From positions 1-20,560 of the forward strand of contig JAKAKR010000002.1 of NCBI GenBank assembly GCA_021813435.1: a stretch of DNA of 20,560 nucleotides. Direction: 5' to 3'. A model generated the notes under the pieces. It had not been told where the DNA came from. It made no database searches and saw nothing but the letters and a program-made list of their open reading frames with translations. The first letter of the stretch is position 1. Every line of letters begins with the position of its first letter. The position numbers were made by a program, and so were the translations under genes. Source of the DNA: Nanobdellota archaeon. GTDB lineage: Archaea > Nanobdellota > Nanobdellia > Woesearchaeales > UBA9642. Below, piece by piece: positions 14,167-20,560 of the stretch.

Positions 14167-15366
14167 ATGAAATCATCTTCCCCGGCATTTCTGCGCGCAA
14201 TCGTTCTTGCGTCAGCAATAGGTGGATATGCCTTATTCAGTTCACCTGCTGCTCCTGCGCCTGTTCTGCCCAAGGCCATTGTTGCGCAGGACACAATCCT
14301 TCTTATTGTAAGCACCCCTCCGACAGGCAAAAAGAAATATCCGACGGGAAATCTTGAGGGAAAAGTCATCGACGGGTTCTATAAGAATTATTTTGGCGTT
14401 TCAGGACGGATTGGCGACTCGCTCTATGTTGATTTTGATGCGCGGATGGACCAACTCTGGCTTGCAAAATCACGCCGGTCCCATAGAAATCCTATTGTTA
14501 AGCGATTCTGGAATACGATAGGGCGAAAGGCGTATCTGGATGATACTGCACAGATGTCTATTGATGAATACCTTGCAGTCATTGATACTGTGCGCTCTCA
14601 TGTCATTTCCAGTATTGATTGGTCACAAGTCGGACAATTGCTGGAGCTTGATTCGACGAGGGTTCACGCCCTGCAGGGCTATGCCTCGCGGATAACCGCA
14701 GCGCATCTCTTGTCCTATCAAATGACTGAATTATTCCCCTCGAACGATAAAAAGGATCCTGCAATGCCGAATAATAGGGATGTCCTTGATTTTATACTCC
14801 GCGCGCGTGGGCGCTCATTCATTGAATTCATCCCTGCATTAGGGGACACCTGTCTCTCATTCGGTGCTGGGCAGATGACTTCATATGCGCTCTCTGCTGA
14901 CTCTTCTACTGCGGTAAAGGCATCACTCATCAATCTTGCACTTCCCCGATCATACCAACTGCCTTCGCATGTGTATCAGCTTCGTGGAGATGATCATACC
15001 AAAGCAATGCTCCTCTTGTCAATATATAATATTGGACTGCTGCTCAAAGAATCGACTGCTGCAGAACTAACTACTCTTGAGGGTGTGTGGAAAGATGAGA
15101 AGAACATCGCAAAATACATCTCCACAGCGCACCATCATGAATTGCGCGCGATTGCAGGGATGAAAAACTGGCTAAAAAGGCGTGGAAAAAACCAGTACGA
15201 GCGTTATTGCTCTAAATCGCTTGCAGCATACGCGAGAAGTACACTCAAAAACCTCGAATCATTGCAGCCTGTAACGCAGGTGCTTCTTGCAAGAGAATCA
15301 TCATACCACCATAATACCCGCGGGTATCAGAATCATAACGATAGGAATATCGGCGTAACAAACTGA
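14167..15366 (+). CDS. secreted hypothetical protein (399 aa) with a possible lysozyme-like / lytic-transglycosylase-like core
   Basis: N-terminal signal-like segment MKSSSPAFLRAIVLASAIGGYALFSSPAAPAP. ATG start with tatataaa about 35 nt upstream. A weak motif triad is described in the findings. Otherwise no family is recognised. Confidence 0.65.
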   Translation: MKSSSPAFLRAIVLASAIGGYALFSSPAAPAPVLPKAIVAQDTILLIVSTPPTGKKKYPTGNLEGKVIDGFYKNYFGVSGRIGDSLYVDFDARMDQLWLAKSRRSHRNPIVKRFWNTIGRKAYLDDTAQMSIDEYLAVIDTVRSHVISSIDWSQVGQLLELDSTRVHALQGYASRITAAHLLSYQMTELFPSNDKKDPAMPNNRDVLDFILRARGRSFIEFIPALGDTCLSFGAGQMTSYALSADSSTAVKASLINLALPRSYQLPSHVYQLRGDDHTKAMLLLSIYNIGLLLKESTAAELTTLEGVWKDEKNIAKYISTAHHHELRAIAGMKNWLKRRGKNQYERYCSKSLAAYARSTLKNLESLQPVTQVLLARESSYHHNTRGYQNHNDRNIGVTN

Positions 15367-15464
15367 GTTCTCATTGAATATTCAAGCTCTCGAAGAATAT
15401 CGAGATCTCAAGAATATTTCTTTATCTGCATGTTCTTCTTTTATCCTCGCTGCGTTGTCTCTAT

Positions 15465-17837
15465 TTACTTTTTTCGTACTCGCTTCTTCTGCCGGATAAT
15501 CACTGCAAGAAATACCAGTCCAAGAATGATTGCAAAATATGCAAGATTGATGTACCAGCAATAGATCGTGTAGAGTTCTGTCTGTGAACGCTTTACTGCC
15601 TCAACAACAGTGAGTGTGATCTGGGGGCTTTGCGCAGTGCCGCCCTGCCTGTCATCAGCGATAATTGATACTGCTTCAGTGCCGAACCAGTCGCGTGCAG
15701 GAACAAAGGTCACCATATTCTTCTCGACAACCCCGCCAATATGTCGCGAGCGATTGATGCTGTAGACCAGTGTGTTATTGTCCGGGTCACTAAAGTATTT
15801 TGCAGCATTGATGCTGAATTGCCCGTTCTCAACCATCTGGAACCTGAGCGTATCATAGTCCTGCGTGAGATTATAGACCTGTCCCTGGGTTTTGGGAAGT
15901 CCTGCAAAGAGGATAACCAGCACTACGCCAAAGACAAATACCAATGCAAGTATTGCAAGGATAGGAAGTTTATAGCGTACCCTGTTCCAGAATTTATAGG
16001 GATAATGCGGTCCGCGGATTGCAATGAAGATAATGAATGCGATTGCAAGGAGTATGAGGATGATCTCTATAAGGCTGAACTGCCTGCAGACAGTGCCGAA
16101 TGCAAAGAATTCCCATGCCTTAGTAAACACCGATTTATCCTTGAGGCGTACAGTTATTGGCGTGCTATAGCTCGCTTGGGAATCAGTATGGACAAGTGTC
16201 AATGTCCCGCTATAATCCCCTGCAGATATGTTATTTGTGTGCGCGAGGAGTGTGACTGTCTTTGATTCTCCTGCGTTAAGCGTGACCTGTGAAGTATTGA
16301 GTGTAAGCATCGGATTGCCGTTGAAGCGAACAGTATATGTCCCGTCACTGATGCCGGTGTTCTTGACCGGGATTGTTATTGCAGCAGTCTGATAATTGAT
16401 GCGATAGAGATTTTTGGTGATTGCGATCTTATGCGATTCCTGGACGTCAAATGATTTGATCCAGACGCCGCTTGTTTCGCTGATCTGATTCTTGAGCGCT
16501 GCAGTGACTGTGATATGATAGATTTCATTCGTGTCAGGACCAGTGATAAAGAGCCGGACTGTCTTTGACTCGCCGGATTTTACCGTGATGCTCTTTTGCG
16601 AGAGCGCAACGCCGGATGGCGCGCCCTGGATACTGAGCGCAATATCCTCAGTATACATGCCAAGATTCTTTACAGTGACATCATAGCTGTAGAGACTGTT
16701 TGCAACAGTAAAGATTGGATTTTTTTCGCTGTTTTTCGCAATGCCTGCAATGCTTATCGTATGTTCGTAGCAGAGCAAGTGATTGACGCCGATGCGCTGC
16801 TCCTTTTTGATATCTCCGAGTTTTGATTTTATTGTGACAGTGAACGCATCATAGGCATTCTCATAACGGAATGCCTGGGTATCAGCGCTAAAATACACGG
16901 TCTTTGATTCTCCTGCTTTCAGGGATATCTCGCGATCGACATCATTGAGCGTGATGTACTTGGGAAGTGACTTTGTCGTGATGGTAAATGTATTGTCGAC
17001 ACTTCCACTGTTGATGATAGTCAGCGGGATGAGTGTGCGATAGACGCGATTGCATACCTGTACGGTTGCGGTCGGGGTATCATTGGCGAGCGGTTTATTG
17101 TTGAAAAGGATATCAAAATTGTATCCTGCGCGATCAATCGTGATCGGTGAATCAATGCTTGCCGTAAGCCCATTCTTGATCGATCGTGTCGTGAATGTGA
17201 TGTCTTTTGATCCAAAGATGCTGCAATCAAATGTGACGCTTGCATTGACTTGCGCAGTGGTATTCGGTTGGAGTGTGAATGTCCTTGCGGAATATTTCAT
17301 TTCAGCGTCGTGATTGCTGGATATGGAATAATCTTCGCTGAATGGACCCACATTGGTGACAAAGATGAGAAATCGCGCCGGACTGCAGGGCAGTACTGTG
17401 CTGTTCATTGTCTTGAGACGCATCTCAATATTCTGGCATTGTGTTGTGGTGATGGTTTTTGCAAAACGCTTTTCGAGGCCGAGGTTTGACTTGACGCTGA
17501 TTTCATACTCCTGGGTTCCGGTGCTGCAATCTGCAGCAATGGTCGCAGAGACTGTGCGTGATTCCTGCGGCGCAAGAACAACAGCATTTTCTGAGAATGT
17601 GACTGCTGTAGTGTCTGCGCTCAGCGTGAACGTTACATCATACGATGCAAGATTAGTGATAGTGATCGGGTCGCGTGCTCCTGCGCAGCTGCATGCGCTG
17701 ATGGCGCTTGCAGTGGTGACTGAGAAGTCGCGGTAGAGTGGGTATGTGTTGACGTCGATGACAGCACTTGCGGCATGCGCTATCATGAGCGCAAGCAGGA
17801 ATAAAACACTGAATTTGATGAAGGTGTTGGTTTTCAT
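15465..17837 (-). CDS. large surface protein: signal peptide, multiple CARDB/NEW3-like beta-sandwich repeats, two TM helices, an Ig/cadherin-like ectodomain and a C-terminal TM anchor
   Basis: 790 aa. Signal peptide MKTNTFIKFSVLFLLALMIAHAASA. Recurrent strand motif x-G-E-S-K-T-V (LKAGESKTVYF, VKSGESKTVRLF, LNAGESKTVTLL; degenerate LAPQESRTVSA). TM helices FSLIEIILILLAIAFIIFIAI, LPILAILALVFVFGVVLVILFAGL and INLAYFAIILGLVFLAVII, followed by RQKKRVRKK. The domain between TM2 and TM3 carries FSDPDNNTLVY...FVPARDWFGTEAVSIIADDRQG. Confidence 0.8.
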   Translation of the reverse strand: MKTNTFIKFSVLFLLALMIAHAASAVIDVNTYPLYRDFSVTTASAISACSCAGARDPITITNLASYDVTFTLSADTTAVTFSENAVVLAPQESRTVSATIAADCSTGTQEYEISVKSNLGLEKRFAKTITTTQCQNIEMRLKTMNSTVLPCSPARFLIFVTNVGPFSEDYSISSNHDAEMKYSARTFTLQPNTTAQVNASVTFDCSIFGSKDITFTTRSIKNGLTASIDSPITIDRAGYNFDILFNNKPLANDTPTATVQVCNRVYRTLIPLTIINSGSVDNTFTITTKSLPKYITLNDVDREISLKAGESKTVYFSADTQAFRYENAYDAFTVTIKSKLGDIKKEQRIGVNHLLCYEHTISIAGIAKNSEKNPIFTVANSLYSYDVTVKNLGMYTEDIALSIQGAPSGVALSQKSITVKSGESKTVRLFITGPDTNEIYHITVTAALKNQISETSGVWIKSFDVQESHKIAITKNLYRINYQTAAITIPVKNTGISDGTYTVRFNGNPMLTLNTSQVTLNAGESKTVTLLAHTNNISAGDYSGTLTLVHTDSQASYSTPITVRLKDKSVFTKAWEFFAFGTVCRQFSLIEIILILLAIAFIIFIAIRGPHYPYKFWNRVRYKLPILAILALVFVFGVVLVILFAGLPKTQGQVYNLTQDYDTLRFQMVENGQFSINAAKYFSDPDNNTLVYSINRSRHIGGVVEKNMVTFVPARDWFGTEAVSIIADDRQGGTAQSPQITLTVVEAVKRSQTELYTIYCWYINLAYFAIILGLVFLAVIIRQKKRVRKK

Positions 17838-17960
17838 TTTGACATGTTTTGCTTGCCGATGCAGTGCGTGATTTAAGGAGAGGATATTTTTATGGTATCT
17901 TCTCTCTGGGATCGCATTGCTCTACTGCTTTCAGGTATATGCGATACCTTATTCGCTCGT

Positions 17961-19244
17961 CTAATAATACGTTTCTGTAGGCTCGTTCTTGTTTTCTTTG
18001 AGCTTGCCAAAACCGATGATCAATCCAATGATGATAAGGATGATGACAAGGATCACAAGACCGATCTCAAGACCATTCTTCAGGCCGCTCCAGCTATCAC
18101 TGCTATTATTGTTTCCAGTGACCTTTGCGGTGATTGCAACCTGCCGGGTATCACCATCAGATGAGTCGATACTGAGTGTGAATGCCTTCTCGCCGACTTC
18201 TGCGTTGTTGTTTGCGCTCACATAGAGGTAGACTGTCTTGGATTGTCCTGCGGGAACAACAGTGACTGCACTAGGATCAATGCGTGTTGTTGCCCAATTG
18301 CCTGTTCCTGAAACTGCAATAGTGTATGTCTTTGCAACAGCCATTGGATTAGTGATCATGACTGGATACACAACGCTCTGTCCCTGGCTGATCTCCTGAT
18401 AATTGGGGACAGTGACGACTGTCTTTTGCGCCGGTGGCGTCTGTCCATTGTTTGCGCCAATGCCGCACGTGTCGCTTCCGACAACCTGAATCGTCGTGTC
18501 TTTTGTTGTCTCTTCATATTCATCGAAGTCAACAGTCAATGTGACGGTGTATGTTCCGGGCTTTGCGCAGTCGGGAATTCGCAGATATAATTCCTCAAAG
18601 ACCTTGCTTTGATCTGCATTAAGTGAGTTCATGTATGCGGATTGCTGAAGATTCAATTGGGGAATGCTCATGGTGAGCTTGAGACCGCTCAAGTCGTAGT
18701 GTCCATAATTTTTGACCTGGATCATTGCCGTAACTGGTCGTCCTGCAACAACCTGCGTCGGATCAATAGTGAAATCCTTGATCTGCACTGCAGATGATGA
18801 ATCAATGCCCTTGACATGCAATTCATATGATTGTTCAAAGAGTGTGCTGTCACGATCTGCGACCATGACATGGACCTTATAATAATCCATATCCATCTTT
18901 GTAGGGACCTGGAGGTTTAATGTCTTACAGACAGTATCATTCTGGTCGAGGTCGAATGTGGGGGAAGAATCAGAGACCTTTTGGGGATCGCGCAGTGAGT
19001 AGCGGTATCCATAGATATCTGCCTCGACTTGTGCATCCTGCACATTGGCGAGTGCCTGCAGACAGACTTTGACGTTGAGTGAATCGCCGCGCTGTACCTG
19101 GAGGTTTATGGATCTGCCGTTTGCCTGTGAAACAATCTCGTCGTTGATTTTGACATAGTTGATCTGAATGTTGACTGCGCTTGCAAATACGGTCGCTGCA
19201 ATCAAGAACACAAAACATAAGACGATTGTCTTTAATCCTTTCAT
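17961..19244 (-). CDS. S-layer-like / CARDB-like surface protein with signal peptide and C-terminal TM anchor
   Basis: 427 aa. Signal peptide MKGLKTIVLCFVFLIAATVFASA. Beta-sandwich repeat signatures (AKPGTYTVTLTVDF, VPAGQSKTVYLYVSAN). C-terminal LEIGLVILVIILIIIGLIIGFGKLKENK. GGGGGT lies 8 nt upstream of the ATG. Confidence 0.8.
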   Translation of the reverse strand: MKGLKTIVLCFVFLIAATVFASAVNIQINYVKINDEIVSQANGRSINLQVQRGDSLNVKVCLQALANVQDAQVEADIYGYRYSLRDPQKVSDSSPTFDLDQNDTVCKTLNLQVPTKMDMDYYKVHVMVADRDSTLFEQSYELHVKGIDSSSAVQIKDFTIDPTQVVAGRPVTAMIQVKNYGHYDLSGLKLTMSIPQLNLQQSAYMNSLNADQSKVFEELYLRIPDCAKPGTYTVTLTVDFDEYEETTKDTTIQVVGSDTCGIGANNGQTPPAQKTVVTVPNYQEISQGQSVVYPVMITNPMAVAKTYTIAVSGTGNWATTRIDPSAVTVVPAGQSKTVYLYVSANNNAEVGEKAFTLSIDSSDGDTRQVAITAKVTGNNNSSDSWSGLKNGLEIGLVILVIILIIIGLIIGFGKLKENKNEPTETYY

Positions 19245-19484
19245 TTTAGTACCCCCATCTGGTCTGTTATCAATAATTGTTTAGGTTTTTATGTGTACAT
19301 ATACGATTTATGTACATGATGATCAGCAGTATTGTGGTGTTACTTCCTGCTAAATTTTTGGTAGGAGTAACCCCTCTTCATTTATAAACTTTTCGTTTAT
19401 TTCACTACTCGTGAGTAGCTTTAATTCGTGTTGTTTTTTGATTGCATGTTGCTATGTTGATGCAACCCCAAGCAGGAATGCTAT

Positions 19485-20560
19485 TCAGTAAGTGTTTCCG
19501 CATTGAGTATTGCACACGCAGGTATCACTGATCTGGATATCACGATATTTGATGCGGCGCACATTATCATCATACACTACAACTTTAATGGTGTATAATC
19601 CCTTTTGCGTGTTATAGATCGGCACGACGATTGATTGTGTTTCCTCGCCGCCGCGGTTGAGATCGAACATTGATCCTTCTGATTCAATGCCAAGATCCGG
19701 GATGATTGCCTTGACCTGCGCATCCTTGAGTTTCTTGCCATAATTCTTGAGATCAACGCTGAGCTGCAGATCGTCATTGGTCCGAACGCATCCTTCGGTC
19801 CCGTCTTTTCCCATGATCGTAATTTTTTCAAGATATAATCCATCATCATTCGCGACTGGTGCATGCTGCGCAGCATATGTGCGCTCAATGATTGTCGCGC
19901 GTGTCGTTGCAGTTGCGCTGTTACCCTGCGCATCATAGACTGTAAGTCTTACAGTATAGACTCCGATCTTATTAAGATAGACATGACTGATGGTTGGTGT
20001 TGTTGCATTTGCCTGCACTCCATCGCCAAAGTCCCAGAGATAGCGAACGATTGGGCCAGTGGATCGTGAACCATCAAATGAAATCCCCTCATTGACATAT
20101 CCATAATACGGACCACCAGGGTTTGCGCTCAGTGATGCATTAGTGTTATTAGTAGGAGGGTTGACGACGATTGGAACATTGTTGTTACAATACGCTGAAG
20201 CTGTAGTCCCATTGCTGTCAGTCACGGTGATTTGCGGCAGGAATGCGCCTGTTGTAGTGTATTGGTGATTGGTATTCTGCCCACTTCCTGTTATTCCGTC
20301 GCCGAATGCCCATGCATATCCGGTGTATACCCCTGTTCCTCCACTTGCAGAAGCGCTTAATGACACTGTAAGCGGCACTATTCCGCTTGTCGGGTTTGCA
20401 GTGCATGAGACGCTGAGTTGATTTGGGATGATGGGGTTTATTGTTACTGGTGTGCAGGTGATTATTCCGCTGTTTCCTGCGTTGTCGTAGACTTGTACTT
20501 GTGCGGTGTATGTTCCTGTGGTGTTGTAGTTGTATGTGGGGTTTTGTACTGTGTCGGTGT
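19485..20560 (-). CDS. PKD-domain surface protein with a C-terminal CARDB-like domain (5'-truncated by the window edge)
   Basis: PKD signatures YAWAFGDG...HQYTTTGAFLPQITVTDSNG and YLWDFGDG...HVYLNKIGVYTVRLTVYDAQG. The track start at 20378 is GTG, but the frame stays open to the window edge. Upstream it reads TDTVQNPTYNYNTTGTYTAQVQVYDNAGNSG..., the end of a third PKD domain. The gene therefore continues beyond 20560. Confidence 0.85.
   Translation of the reverse strand, partial: TDTVQNPTYNYNTTGTYTAQVQVYDNAGNSGIITCTPVTINPIIPNQLSVSCTANPTSGIVPLTVSLSASASGGTGVYTGYAWAFGDGITGSGQNTNHQYTTTGAFLPQITVTDSNGTTASAYCNNNVPIVVNPPTNNTNASLSANPGGPYYGYVNEGISFDGSRSTGPIVRYLWDFGDGVQANATTPTISHVYLNKIGVYTVRLTVYDAQGNSATATTRATIIERTYAAQHAPVANDDGLYLEKITIMGKDGTEGCVRTNDDLQLSVDLKNYGKKLKDAQVKAIIPDLGIESEGSMFDLNRGGEETQSIVVPIYNTQKGLYTIKVVVYDDNVRRIKYRDIQISDTCVCNTQCGNTY

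Noticed and set aside
13889-14369. ORFs 13889-14170 (+) and 14046-14369 (-) covering the tRNA and its promoter.
   Set aside because: They run straight through a tRNA gene and into the start of gene 14167-15366. The tRNA structure explains the region better.
15741-17736. Plus-strand ORFs inside the 790-aa surface-protein gene (15741-16265, 17050-17313, 17250-17489, 17353-17736, and others).
   Set aside because: They are shadow frames of a long gene with repetitive domain structure. Their translations are Cys/Arg-rich and carry no signals.
19316-19322. atgatga (box C-like) in the spacer upstream of gene 17961-19244, a possible C/D sRNA.
   Set aside because: No CTGA box D or terminal stem lies at an appropriate distance on either strand.
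1-20560. I scanned the whole window for CRISPR arrays, rRNA genes, transposases, integrases, inteins in rfcL/tyrS/GTPase, and toxin-antitoxin pairs.
   Set aside because: No regularly spaced repeats were found. No DDE, tyrosine- or serine-recombinase motifs were found. The conserved proteins have normal lengths with uninterrupted motifs. The 85-aa GNAT is the YjdJ-type mini-domain rather than a toxin-type GNAT, and it has no RHH/DUF1778-like partner.

Overview
This window looks archaeal. Evidence: A/T-rich TATA boxes about 25 nt upstream of ATGs or RNA 5' ends, many apparently leaderless genes, an archaeal-type RFC large subunit, an archaeal TyrRS, a PH0525/YchF-like GTPase, and an intron-containing tRNA. 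The gene content (small genes, many orphan ORFs, large PKD/CARDB-like surface proteins) is compatible with a small-genome DPANN-like archaeon, but that placement is only inference.

Gene order:
- rfcL (-)
- NUDIX hydrolase (+)
- TrmB-family regulator (-) divergent from an orphan 221-aa ORF (+)
- a minus-strand run of yjbQ, a small membrane protein, a glutaminase-less Asn-synthetase-like PP-loop enzyme, a mini-GNAT and an orphan ORF
- a plus-strand run of an orphan ORF, a CYTH protein, a BtpA-like TIM-barrel protein, a free-standing LAGLIDADG+wHTH protein and the GTPase
- a minus-strand operon of an acidic protein, a small membrane protein and tyrS
- a VTT/DedA membrane protein (-)
- an intron-containing tRNA, probably Trp (-)
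- a secreted orphan protein (+)
- three consecutive minus-strand surface proteins, the last running off the window

No rRNA, CRISPR array, transposase or integrase is visible.

Observations most worth follow-up:
1. Nested direct repeats built from gene-end fragments (a 102-bp copy of the rfcL promoter plus 5' end, and two 71-bp copies of a foreign yjbQ 3' end) bracket the NUDIX and TrmB/orphan cassettes. This looks like a recombination or integration scar around an AT-rich accessory islet.
2. The tRNA intron carries a box C/D-like guide whose N+5 position falls on wobble C34.
3. The tRNA 3' end is duplicated 99 bp away, next to an inverted copy of the acceptor.
4. An AT-rich LAGLIDADG-wHTH gene overlaps the start of the conserved GTPase.
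5. A surface-protein cluster sits beside a secreted protein with a weak lytic-transglycosylase-like motif triad.

All family calls come from motif reading by eye. No searches were run.
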